Program-made: the position numbers and the translations under genes
Assembly: GCA_030704615.1 (NCBI GenBank)
Contig: CM060734.1
Coordinates: 7,130,001 to 7,194,000, forward strand
Direction of reading: 5' to 3'
Length of the DNA: 64,000 bases
Source of the DNA: Takakia lepidozioides
Taxonomy: Eukaryota > Plantae > Bryophyta
Notes under the pieces: model-generated
The model's input: the letters and a program-made list of their open reading frames with translations, nothing else
Database searches by the model: none
Told to the model about the DNA's origin: nothing
In this document: one piece after another, positions 45,301-58,015 of the stretch
Numbering within the stretch: position 1 is the first letter of the stretch
How the letters are laid out: every line of letters begins with the position of its first letter

Positions 45301-45906
45301 GGGATTCAGGGAATGCCGGAGCCTCCGGGCGTCTGGCCTGTTGCACCGGGTTGCAGCCTCTCTCAGAATGAGGCGGATGCTCTATCTGCAGTAGGATTTC
45401 GAATGGTGCAACGCACAGACATCCCGGCCCACGCATTTCCGGTTCCTCAGACCCAGCCATTGCAGACTGCTCGGTCCAGTAGAGACGGATTGGACAATTC
45501 TGCACATCCCACAATGCGATTCGGAAGAGTGAAGAGACGACACCCTCCCAACAAGTTGAATGAGACTCGGATTGCCAATGCTCTTGGGATGGCTTGCACT
45601 ATTCAGAGCTCCGTGGACGTACCCCCACCCGGCCTTGGGCGTGTGTATCGGATGGCAACGGCCGGCTCGGCTGTACGCGACGATGTATACACAATTACGA
45701 TTGGAGTGGAGCCGACTTGCAATTGTACGGACTTCTCGTTGATGGAAGCAAAGAAGGGTTCGAAGTATTATCCGTGCAAGCATCTGTATTACATCTACCT
45801 GAAGAGGTTGAGGATGAACGTGACTATTGATGACTTTATTCATGCACCGGCGTTGAGCGTGAACGAGCTGCACAAACTCCTCCTTAGGGATTCCAGAAAT
45901 CATTGA
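42316..45906 (+). CDS. Mutator-like transposase: GCM-like Zn DNA-binding domain, DDE core, SWIM finger; intron 44403-44488; frameshifts and a stop
   Basis: CAGALRC..C...CAHC...C...HVGSHCH; MFDH, FMADNAQAN, CGFH, TTNMAESVH; CNC...CKH SWIM. Confidence 0.85.
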
Positions 45907-46059
45907 TGGGGCAAAGGGAATCCTCCATATGGATATTTTCAAATGCATTTTGTTGTATCAGACTTTTTTTTGCAGTGTAATGAAATGCACCCCAAAACTC
46001 CTGGAATGAGGCAATATTCCATTCAAACTGAGATCCAACAGAAGCAGTTGTGGGCCATT

Positions 46060-46495
46060 TCTGGAAAAATGGCGCCGAATTTCTCTTTTTGGCGCCGAAA
46101 ACGGCTAAGTCCCAACATGCACTGGTACCTGTGTCTGGGAAAATGGCGCCGAATTTCTCTTTTTGGGGCCGAAAACTGGCTAAGTCCCAACATGCACTGG
46201 TACCGTGTCTGGAAAAATGGCGCCGAATTTCTCTTTTTGGGCCGAAAACTGGCTAAGTCCCAACATGCACTGGTACAGTGTCTGGAAAAATGGCGCCGAA
46301 TTTCCCTATTTTGCGCCGAAAACTAGCTAAGTCCGAACATGCACTGGAAAAATGGCGCCGAATTACCTGTCATGAGGGGGGACCTATAGCCGCGGAATTC
46401 GGCACCATTTTTCGCCAGAGAGACCTATTACCGCGAAATACGTCGCCGTTTTTTCGGGTTACGGACCCTATTACCGCGAAATTCGGCGCCATATT
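46060..46495. repeat. Subterminal tandem repeats (~70 bp) with AAAATGGCGCCGAATTT
   Basis: CTGGAAAAATGGCGCCGAATTTC...GGCTAAGTCCCAACATGCACTGG repeated about 4 times. Confidence 0.88.
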
Positions 46496-47939
46496 TGCAC
46501 ATGTCGCTGGGAATTGGCATGAGCGGAAGACGAAATATCATGAGCACAACTGTCAAAACTGCAATTTTCCCTTCAAGGGGCCGAATAATATATTTGTTTT
46601 TCCTGACACATTGCATTGAATTATTGTTTTTATTGTTTTTTTTTTTCGAAATTTGTACTTCTGCTCATGAAAACCGATTGTGTTACTACTCTGTTCATGC
46701 CGCTCATGCCGCTCATGCTCATGAAATAGCAAACCTCTTTTGGGGGTGAGCCCTATATAAGAAAAACAGATGTCATGTAGGACACCAGGTAGCCGGAGAA
46801 ATAGAGGTACCAATGGTACCCCTGATCAAGGGTACCAGCTAGGGTACCGTCGTAGAGCGGGATTCCTGTTGCCGTTGGTTGGTAATAATAGTTGTGAGGG
46901 AACGGAGCGCCGTGAGGTGAATTGCTTTGAAACATTTATGGATAGGGGGGATGGGGATTTTCAAGTTGTTGTGTATAGCAATGATAGTGGATGTCACCTC
47001 TAGTTCCGGCAGTGATGACGGTTAGTGGGCCGGTGTTCCAGCCCCGTCGGTGGATTGCAAGGATGAGCGGGGCATATTTTGGCCGTTTTTCCAAGATCGA
47101 GTCGTTGGGGTACCGATCATGACAGTATGTAAATTCAATGAAGTGGATGGTGAGTTGTGGGGATGGTGCAGTGGGTGGCGGGGTATTAGTGGGTAGGCCT
47201 AGGATAAGTAGAATATCAGGGCAGAGTCTAGCAGGGCAGGTGCATGGTGAACGGGTACATGTACAAGGAAGCAGCCATGGTGGTACAATGTGGTCTGGTG
47301 GCCGGCCTTGGTAGGTGCCGGCGTTCATGAGTGAGAACCATCTGGTTTCAGCGCGGCTCAGAAGGAGTTTATGGATGTGCCAGACTGCATGATTGTGACG
47401 AGTGATATGAAGGCCATGAATGATTGGGTGGGTACATTGGTTAAGGAGGTGTGGCTAGATGTCGCGTTCATGGTGGGTATTTGAGCATAGTGGGCAGTAT
47501 AGGGATGGGAAAAGATATGGCCAGAAGATGTGTTTACGCTGGTGGCCCATGTATTGGACGTACCTGAATTGAGTGTTTGTCGGATTTGTGCATCAGTAGT
47601 GGCTTTGGTGTGCCAAAAGTGGTTTGATAGCTTGTGATAGAGCACTGTGGTCCATTTCTGAATGTGTACTTTGGTGTGGCTTATGGATGTTGCGGCTTGT
47701 TTGTTAGCTTCACGGGTGAGAGTGGTAAGAAAATTATGGATCGGTCGGGGGGCGGGGGGGTCTGGGACTGGGTGTATAAACCAGAAGGGGATGGGTATGA
47801 GCGATGTGAATAAGGTAATCTGTGGGGTCCACTGGGGCTTTAGAGGCGCCTGTTTGAGCAAGCAGGTCTGCTGACTAATTATCCTGAATGCCAATGTGCG
47901 AGCGAACCTTGAGGAGGTGGACGGGGTGGCCCTTGGAAA

Positions 47940-48115
47940 AAGAAGTATGATGCCTCTCGAAGGGCACGTAACTTATGGTGTCACTTGACCCCGAAGGGCT
48001 ACTACCTTCCAGCAGGAAGGTGGACACCTTCATGACACACCAGACGGTGGTTTGAACCCACAACCACATCCAACGTGGTATGTGCCCATTACCACTGGGT
48101 TACATGCTGGTTGTC
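47940..48115 (-). mobile_element. tRNA-derived SINE inside the LINE RNase H, TSD GGCCCTTGGAAA
   Basis: TSDs at 47928-47939 and 48116-48127; high identity to 35708-35881. Confidence 0.88.
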
Positions 48116-51100
48116 GGCCCTTGGAAATAACGAGGTTGACAATGGTTGTAATGAGGTTGCAGTTTGGGTGATGATCGTGGGAGGAGGGATAGGAGATGTG
48201 GTTCTGGATAAGAAAGAGTGAGGTAAGGCTATCTGTAAAGATATAGTATGGAGGAGGAAAGGCATCTAGCAGGGAAAGTGCTTCGAAGATGGCCATAAGT
48301 TTAGCAAGTAATATGGTGTAGGGCCAGGAAGTCTGAGGGCGGTGCCCCGGTTAGTGGCGGCGTGGTATACTCCATATCCGGCATTAGATTTGGTAAGGGA
48401 GCCGTCAGTATAGTGGGAGTTAGATGGGGGGTATCTGAGGGGGATATTTTGTCGGTATATTGAGGGGATAGGGGGTGTAGATATTGGCGGAATGGCCTAG
48501 GGGGCCCGCAGCAGCGCCCTTACCCAAGCTTTGTTTGGTTTAATTTTGGGAAATGAGATTGATGTATAGTTATAGGAGGAGGTGGGTGAGCGGTGGATAT
48601 ATGGGTGATGGGTGGTAGCCTTCATTTTGTGCGCCAGGGTTAGCAGGTGGTTTAAGTGACTCAGGAAGGGTATTGGTATATTGATGGGGGAGGAGTGTTG
48701 GACATGTAAGATTAAGGTTAGAGTGGGTTCCCTCTGACGGAGGTATTTGGGGAGGGGTGGGGTATGCACGTATTTAAGCTGGTTTGGTTCGATTGTGGCT
48801 AGTAAATTAACCCCTGTCGAGAGGCGTAGAAGAGGATGGGAGTCGTTAGGTGATTTCTGTTGTGTGAGTATGAGTATTGTGAGAGCATGGGGCGATGAGT
48901 GAGCGGCGAAGCATGCCCATTGGAGAGCTTCATGAGCGGAGGTACCGGGGGGAGGGTGGGCAAAGCCTCTGCCATCCCAGGTGTGCTGAGTGGCAATACC
49001 CGTGGCTCTGAAGATGCAATCCCTGTGGTGTGGGCTAGCAAATGTATTTAATTCCATAGGGCATGTGAGCGGGCTGGAGTAATATGAATGAGTGAGTTGG
49101 AATGAGTTGTTAAGTAGTGTGAGAATGTCCTGGGGTATAGTGTTATGAGCGTATGTCGTTGCCTATCTGTTGAGGGTACGTGGTTTCCTGGGGGGGGGGG
49201 GGGGGGGGGGGGGGCATCTTGAGGTAGCGGTCTACAAGCCAACATAATTCGGTGGCAAAGTCTTGTTTGGGGGGTTGTAGGGTTTGCGGGTTTGTGTTTG
49301 CAGTGGAGTACTTTTCCCATAGCCATGCTAGCCTGTTATTGGGGATTTAAGACTAATGAAGCGGGCGTATTGAGCGTAGGTATTAAAGAGGCGGGGGCCG
49401 ATATGGATCATTGGGGGGTCATGTTCAATGTATTTATCGGGGTTGTATTCGGTCATGCATACGTGTATGTTGGGGGCAATTATTGGGTTATGTATGTATC
49501 GGTTGTCTACGGGTTGGGCGGGGGAAGCGTGTTGTTGATGGATATGAGTTAGGTAATTAGTGTTGGTCCGTTGTGAAAGCTGGTGAGGAGGGTAAGGTTG
49601 TGGTCAGGGTCACAATCATCGTGTGGGCCAAAGAGGTCATTTGCCATGTGTTGTCGTCTGATGGGTAGCCAGCCATTTACAATAATAAAATGTATCTACA
49701 CAGGTGGCTCCGAAGGGGTCTATTGACATTTGGGTTTTAATTCCAAAAATAGCTTCAATGACGAAGGCATTGGGGTTTTCAGGGTTGTGTGGGGAGGTTG
49801 AGGGGGGGGGGGGGGGGGGGGTTGTTGCGTTAGTGGGGTTAGTTGGAGATGCATAGGGGTCCCTGACGTGTCGTTATAGGGGGTTGATGGAGGTTGGGGG
49901 CTGTCGTGGCCTAGTGCGGCAAATTGAGTAGGGGGGGCGGCTGGGACGGTGGGTTGGGGTCGGTGGATGCGTAGTTATTATTATCATATGAAGCTTTAAG
50001 ATTCTGGAGTATGGAGGCAGCTGGGGCAGATCTGTATTGGGAGAGCAAGTCTTGGGATGTGTGGGAAAAGTGTAAACAAGGGATCTCACAGTCAAGGGTA
50101 CATGATGTTGAAGGATGACAAAATAGGGTACAAAGATGGTGCAAATATCGGCTGGTTTTGGCCATAGCTCTGGAATGCTTAAGGGTGAATTCACTTGGTT
50201 TCATGAGTCGGTGCCCCGTGGCGGTGGTGAGTTGGGTGAGAGTGGTAATATGCTGCTCTTTAAATAGGTAAGGATGGGTATTTTTTTTGTTTAGGATGAG
50301 AAATTTTGAACTGAGAGAGAAAAGGGCTTGTGAGCCATGCGAGTTCTAATGGTGACGAGGTATTAGGATAGTCGGTTTGTATACTAATTTTCATTTGACG
50401 TAGAATGAGCAGTGTACGTGCGTAGGGAAATGTAGGCAGGCCTGTAGGTGCACTGATGGTAGAGAGTAGAGTCCATTGTATTTTAGGGCAAGAAATTTAA
50501 GGAGTCCCTGATAGATTAGGCCTAAGCGTCCATGATCATTGAGGGCCTCTTTTAGTTGTGTGCCTAAGGTGCGGGCGTATGAGATGATTAAGGGGCTTGA
50601 GCCAATCCTGTATCTGTCGGTTGGGAGTTGGGTGAGGGCATTAGGGGTACCGACAGGCAGACCACATACACGCTCGTAAGCTGAATAATGCTCTTGTCAA
50701 GTTTTTTAATGTTCGAGAGGGAGAAGAGTGTGGCATGGAACGAATATTGGACTTGGGCTTTTAGTATTGATTGTATGATTGATAATTTGGGTCGAATGGC
50801 AATTGGGAATTTGAGGAGAGCCAAGCTTTTATTGGCTAGTTTGGATGACGTGGAATTTTTCTGAACGTGCTAGATGAGGGAAGGGACCAGTTGGATGCCT
50901 AGGTAAGTGTATGGTTCATCTGGCCCCATGAAGGGGAAAGGTTTGTTCTGGTAATGTACATAGAGTTTGCAATGGGAGGCGATCTAGCAGTTTTGGTGTG
51001 TTGCCGCGGTGATAGCACATTTGTGGAGATTAAGTTCCATACCGGACCATTGATTGAAGCGGTATAGTTTTGGTGACTTGTCGGTTTAGGTGTTGCGGTT

Positions 51101-53107
51101 TATGTGCGAGGATGGCGAGATCATCGGCATATGCTGCAGCGGAGATTTTGCTTGAGGAAGTTTTGTCTGGTATCCAAGCTTACCATGGGCTATCTATCTG
51201 AGTAGGGGTTCCAGAAAAATAATGAATAGGTATGGGCTTAAGGTGTCTCCTTGAATAGTGCCACGTAAGATTGGAATGGGTGGGGTAGAGCCGTAGTATG
51301 CACCAGAGTATTCAGTAGTACTATTTGTATAGATATTTCCTATAAGTTGAACGGCGTTTGTGGGGTATCCAAGGTCTATCATGTTGGCAAGTAATCGAGC
51401 ATGATCTAGGGAGCCGAATGCATTTTTAAAGTCAATGTAGAGGAGGTATATTTCTTGTTTTGTAAGTTTAGCGTCTTCTAGTGCGGATATAACATATTGT
51501 ATTTGTCGGGTTGTGCTTCTTGTAGCTCGGAAACCCTCTTGGGGGTCACTAAGGATGCGATGCTGCTCCCCATAGTTTGAAAGCATTGTGGTGAGCGTGT
51601 TAGTGAATAGCTTATAGATAGTGTTTACGAGTGCTATGGGCCTGTAATTAGTGAGATCTGTAGGATCATTTTTTTTTAATAGTAGGATGGTACGGCTATG
51701 CTTCCATGAGTGCGGGATACGTTGTAACCGGTAAAAGAATTGGAAGAATTTAAAGAGGATGGTGGAGTTGCGGATCAAGTGCTTGGAGTATGGCATTTGG
51801 TATAAGATCTGGGCTAGGGGCTTTAGATTTAGAGAGAGCTTTAAGGCAAGATTCATAGAGTCAATAATACGGTCTGTTGGGGAGACCCGTTTATCCAATG
51901 AGAAGCCGTCTATATCATGTAATGGGTAGTGTTTAACTTTCACATGCAATTGATGTTGTGTTGGTTGGGGTGTAGCCTTGAAAAATATTTAATACGAATA
52001 AACATAAAAAAAAATCCCAAATGTAGGGAATCTCCAGGGGATCTGAATAATCCAGTGTTGGGCGGTTATTTGATTTTTTTCACAATCGGCGGGTCCGGCT
52101 GCTTCAAATTTTAGGAAACTATTAACCCTGCGGTGATTATTAATTTTTTTTTATGGCTAGGCATAACTTGCGGTTGCGGTTACTTGCAAAAACCTCAAAT
52201 AACCGGTGGTTTTCATCAAATGACCGTGGGTATTGGGCGGTTCTTTAAAAGATTCTTTGCTCGGTTATTTGAGTGCCTGACCTCCGCCGGTTCCTAATTG
52301 GACCAGTTACTTCATTTTTTCACCTCCACCGGTTATATATATATATATATAATCGGATAGATAACCGTTGGGTATTAGAGAGAAATCTAAATAACTGCCC
52401 CACACTGGAATAAGCCCTCTGGAATATCCAGGGGCGGGAACCTGATGATAACGCGATGGGAATGCGGGAATGCCCGGGATCGGTTCCCGCACGGCGGGAA
52501 CAGCCGCCGTGGATGAACGGGTCACTATGTTGTCATCCGTCCCTCAACCTCCAAAACCTGCGCATGCAAACTAAAAAATAAAGGTGCTGGTGGGTCCAGG
52601 CCCTATTCTACCACGTGGTTTCAAGAAATAATAAGTTAATACCCCAAAAAGGCGCTTCCTCTCCTAGAATTTGTCATCTTCTACCCTAGGTAGTTTGCAA
52701 CAACAGGTGTGTAGGATGAGGACGCTTGGATCCATATCTCTTTGTTTATGTCTGTTGGGTCGGTTAGTAGGTTACCAAGCCGGTGCTTAAGGCAATCAAT
52801 GGGTGGGTTAAGTGCGGGATTGAAGATGGCTTTGTGAGATTTTTTGGGATGGTCATGCAGTAACTGATTAAAGGAGGAGATAAATTTTTTATGGTTGGCG
52901 GTAGCCTTTTGTTTGGTGATGATATAAGCGGTTTTTTTTGCTTCCCTACCTAGTTTGGAGAGAGCAGCAGTCCAATTGGGTACAGCAGAGGGATCGTCGG
53001 GTGGGGGCATAAGTGCTTGATAAGTTGTCATAGTACTTAAGCAGGTGATGTGAGGGTCGGATCTCCAGTTATTATATGGTTGGGTTGTGGGGGAATGAGG
53101 TATGATA

Positions 53108-53186
53108 GTAAAGTATGACGCCTCTCGAAGGGAGCGTAACTTATGGAGTCACTTCACCCCCAAGGGCTACTGCCTTCCGCTAGGAA
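53108..53186 (-). mobile_element. 5'-truncated SINE copy, TSD AGGTATGATA
   Basis: Matches the 3' half of the SINE; TSDs at 53098-53107 and 53187-53196. Confidence 0.75.
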
Positions 53187-53689
53187 AGGTATGATAATAC
53201 TTGGGCGTGTCTAATCGTGTGATAGATGTTGAGGTGTGAGGTCCATGCACATTTTTGTGTACGAGTAAGGTAGCCTCCATTTTGTTTTGAGCTCGTGGTT
53301 TGCGGGATCTCAGGGGGGGCGGAACATGTGGCGATGACACTTTTGGTCAAATCTTGCATTATGGATGTGAGCGTGATCTCGGCTTCGAGCCAAGTGTTGT
53401 TAGGGGATTGCGTTAGGTTTGTATTATAAATAATACATGATAGTTTTAGTATAAGGAGTGTGACTGTTGGGTGGAAGTGGCTTTGGAAATCGGCTATGTT
53501 GCGTTGAGGTAGTGGAGAGAGAATCCTAGATTGTGGTGGTGGGGTATGTATAGCCGGTATGGGTCGGAAGGGGATGAGGGATGGGGGGAAGGTCACGGAC
53601 AGGATAGTGAACTCCCACGATAGGGTATCTGGCTTCATTTACTTTGATTGCATGAGGAGTATGATAGTGATGTGAGGTTGAGCACCTTT

Positions 53690-56600
53690 GTATCAAACCA
53701 GCACCACTATATAATTTTGATTGTTTATGACAGGACTAACTCAAAAGCAGAAATGGGTCGCTGATAAGCCAGAGTCGAAACCCATTCGGAATGTCCTTTG
53801 ACGAAAAAGTGAAACGCATCCGACATCGGTTCTTCCATAAACCACGGTCTACCCGCAAACGGATCGAAGAATATATCCGATATCTGGGCGAGAAAAAGGT
53901 GCATATAAACGCTGGATCAACGAACGAGTTTGGAACACCCGAACTCTTCCCGACGGCACCACACAGAATTTTTACTGGTGCCCAGATAGATTTGTATTTC
54001 CGGGTTGTCCATGTCCAAGTATTTACGTGGGGGCATTACACTCGAGGTCCTCATTCGTGGCCCATCTTAGGTGGCAAGTGGATTTCTTTGTGAGTCTTGC
54101 CAGTTCTTTGTAAGCCAACATCTAATACTATGATCCGAGTGCTCGCATTGTGAAGGACCTTGGCCGATCGGGTATCCCTTAATGCACCATAGGTTGCACA
54201 CTGATGTGCCTCCATCGCCAAGGTTCCATGGAAGGTATTTGAATCTGACCTTGTTTATTCTTGACATGGTTGTTCAGGGTGGTAATATAGGATTGTTAGT
54301 ATAGATTGACGTAGGAGAATCCTCATCAGCACAATAGTGAGTGTATGTCTAGCTCAGGATCAAGAGCCACGCTCCCAAGTCTGGATAGCATATCTTTCAA
54401 TACTAGGTTGCAAAGAAGACTGGCTAGAGAAGCCGTCCGAGATCAGCTGCTAGGGAAGAGCCCAGCACTGAGTCCAGAATCAGACTCAGAAACCCGAAGT
54501 TTGGATAAGATAGAGAGAATACAAATAGTTCTTCGGACATCGAGTATTCAAGAGTGGTTTCCCTTATATCCGGTCCCCTTTATTCACCACCGCCCAGGTC
54601 AAGAAGTCCCTCACCGTCATTAGTGTCAACCATGGCCCATGTTCCAGGACCTCCGGAGGTACCCATTGTGGTCCCAACAGGCTTACCCCCGCTAACATTG
54701 CCCATGCATTTGCCTTGGTTCTCCGGGGAAGCACATGAAGATCCTGAGTATCATGTAAGATATTTTATTCCATGTTGTTATTCTAACCAAGCATCAAACG
54801 ATGCCTATTGGTTGATATGGTTTCCCACAACCATGAGAGGTAGGGCATCTACTTGGTATTGGCAACAGGCGCCATGAATATTCATTACTTGGCAGAAAAT
54901 TTGCGACGCCTTCTTGGACCATTTCCGGGCAGTCCATCAGTTTACCAGTGTCTTGATGGCACTGGCAAGAATCTGCCAAGGCCCCACGGAGGAAGTGGCA
55001 AACTTCAAAATGCGGTTCCGGGAGCTGATGCGACTCCAAAACCCTTTGACCCCCCTAGATGATGGGGTGCTCAAAGATTGTTTTTTGAGTGGATTACGAG
55101 AGGCCACTCACTTTCATGTTTTGCAGCAAAGACCGGGTACACTGGTAGACGCCATACACGCAGGCAAGGAATTCCACAACATGCATCGCCAAGTGCAGCG
55201 AGCCAAGATGCCCAACTTCGCGCTTCCATCATACATTACGATCAAGCCCACGCAGGAGCCGGCACCATTAGCGGTAATTCAACCCGCTTTGCATTATACG
55301 TCAGCTTAAGTAGGAGGAGCGAGGCCATATGCCCCAGCAACGTCCCCAACACCGGTAGTAGCATCGACTGTGCCACAATATACAAATGTTGTCCCTACCA
55401 ACTCACAGGCAGATTCATGCGGGCAGTCTGATTCGCGGGAGGGCCATCTGGAGGCACAAGTCACTTCCCTCATCAAGACCATCAAAACAATGGGCGATAG
55501 CATGAGCTCCATCGGCCAGCATATCACCAGCTATGTGGGGTATCCAGATATCGGCGCGGACGGCCTGAAAAACCAACGTCCGGCAGTCGCGGGAGTTGGG
55601 GCGGGGGCTCACGGCCCCCATACGTTGCATTTTTGCGACGTCATTTTGGCGACGCCCTTGCGACTGCAAGACGACGGCCAGGCGTCGCAAATTCTGCGCC
55701 TCCCGCGTGCCCGAAAAGGGCGTTTTCCCGACGCTGCGGCGTGGTGCGGGCGTCGCAAAGGCCCCCCTTTTCCTGTAGTGTATGCGCAATGTGGATGGGA
55801 TCTGCGGAGGGTTCTACTGGGGGATTGGAGGCCCCTAGTTGGGCAAGGAGGTCAGCCTCCTCGTTTCCGTTGATTCCGGTATGTGATCGTACTTTAAGGA
55901 ATTGAGCGGGTTTGTTGATTGAGATGGTAAGAGTGATGATTGCTGAGATAAGATTACGGTCTGGGTGGTGATGGTGGGAGGATGGACAGGCTATGATACC
56001 CTAGGGAAAGGCCCTGGGTATGTGGCGTCAGAATCAGCCACGTCTGCATCTGAACAGGAGGATCTGAACTTCACTGTAATGAAGTCAGATGCGCGGAAAG
56101 TGCAGAGACAGTACTTTGGGAGGAAGAAGACATCCATCCCAAGGAGAAAGAGGTAGCATTCGTAGAGACGGAACCTCCGGTAGTCCGATCAACCATTTCC
56201 CGACCACCTGCATCAAGAGCGAAGAGCCCAGCAAATTGGCCGGCGGCACCGGAAAAGCTTCCCCGGAGGAAGATGCATTCCACCATGCGGTTCACCGACG
56301 AATTGGAGCCGTACAACTTAATGGACGATCTACGCCACATTCAGGCCAACATTACATTTTCCTAGCTCATAGCAATGGCGGCCATAGTATGCCACGCTCT
56401 CAAGGCATCTTTGGTCAGGAAATGGGTGGGTACTTCTGCTCAGGCCCACCACATCAATGCTCATGTCGACCCAGGACCAGTGGAGATAGAAGGAGAGATT
56501 GCGGATCGTTTTATTTGACGTTGTTTAGTGGATGATGGGAGCCCAGTCAAAATCATGCCCCTTCTGACCACAAATCCTCTTCACTCACGTCTGCGGACTC

Positions 56601-58010
56601 CTCCTCAGAGCCAATCATGCTGAGCTCATCCTCATTTGTCTCCTCATGAGGTGCTCCGGAAAGAAATGCAGCAGTAGTAGTGTACGGTCTTACCCCATAA
56701 GTAATGGTGTCTGCCCCCCAGTCCGTTTGTGCTCTAGACTGGACCAACCATGGCCTCCCTAATAGGAGTGCGTACGAATACTCATCAATGGGGAGGTCTA
56801 TGACTTGAAAGTCTACTGCGTATGTGGAGCCTCCTGTCTTCATTCTAACATTTGCTATGTGTCCCACTGGCCGGATCTTCCGTTGGTCAGCTAGCCTGAT
56901 AGTCAGAGTGGATTCCCTTGTCATGTTCAAACCCGGTTTGGATAGGGTAGAGAAATCCTCCCCACCTTGCACGCCCACCGAGTGTTGGCAACATCTACCG
57001 CACCTCACACGGAGGTTAAGCGAAGAAAGGTAGGACTAGAAGACGCAGCCAAGTCTCTAAGTCCGGGATTGTACGAATGCGAGTCTGATACAGACTGCAT
57101 TGTCTGGTTGTTCGGAGAAAACCAAGGCAGGGAAGTAATGGTACACTCGGTATCAACCGAGTCACTTCCAGAGTTCGAGTTGCTGACCGAGCTCTTTTTC
57201 ATATCCGCCGACAGGTTGCAGGAACAAGAGAGTCCTCAGGAGGAGAACGGCGAGATCATTGGCATAAAAATTGTAGAGGAGGCCGACCTGGAGAGGGATG
57301 TTATGAAACATAGCGCCCCTACATTCCCTATTTGCAGCAGGGATCAAGCAAACCTCGATTTAAACCGGGAACGACCTTCACTTTGGAACCAACAACACAG
57401 TTGGTCGACATGGCGGTTGGAGGAGAGTCACCAAAAATGGTGAAGGGAGGATCCCACTTGACATCTGAGTAGGCATTGGAATTCCAAGTGTTGTTCAAAG
57501 AATTTTGTGACATCTTTGCATGGTCCTACACCGAATTGAAGGGTGTGCCTTCTTATGTGGCGATGCATTCCATTCCCCTGATTCCGGAAGCTACGCCATG
57601 ATGACAACGAGAGAGAAGAGTGAATCCCAACTTAGCGCTCCTCATTAAGGCGGAGATCAAAAAACTGTTGGCCGCAACATTCATCTTCCTTGTGGAGACA
57701 TCGACATGGGTATCTCCCATGGTGATTGTTCGGAAGAAGAACAAAGGATTAAGGGTATGCGTGGACTTCCGCCCCCTTAACAAGGTAACACACAAGGATC
57801 ATTTCCCCTTGCCATTCATAGATACATTGGTGGAAGAAGTAGCAGGGAATGAGCTCTACTCTTTAATGGATGGATTTCGGGTTACAACCAGGTGTTGATA
57901 GACCCGAAGGATGTGTTGAAGACCACATTCACTTCACCATGGGGTATATTTGCATATACAAGGATGCCCTCTGGTTTGTGCAATGCGCCCCTGACATTTC
58001 AGAGGGTCAT
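53690..58010 (+). mobile_element. Decayed Ty3/gypsy retrotransposon (putative LTR ~53690-54266, gag, protease with local inversion, truncated RT)
   Basis: LPWFSGEAHEDPEYHV gag; LVDDGS protease; LLLGRPWL on the - strand; VCVDFRPLN, HFPLPFID, RMPSGLCNAP. Confidence 0.8.
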
Positions 58011-58015
58011 GATGT

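Larger units (their letters stand above)
36650..46737 (+). mobile_element. Mutator-like DNA transposon with short TIRs and two head-to-head genes
   Basis: TIR core TGCTATTTCATGAGC at 36659-36673 and inverted at 46717-46731; TTTTGGGGG on both sides (36641-36649, 46738-46746) fits a 9-bp TSD. Confidence 0.85.
46738..53690 (-). mobile_element. Decayed non-LTR retrotransposon with RT, RNase H and C-terminal restriction-like endonuclease (Dualen/RandI-like); interrupted by SINEs and an insert at ~51945-52685
   Basis: YRPIAL, QEGFR, YIDFKNAFGSLDH, GTIQGDTLSPYLF, AAYADDL; YTDGS, IFTDSL, KVRSHIGI; PDILL...IEFTYCHD...K..KY. Confidence 0.8.
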
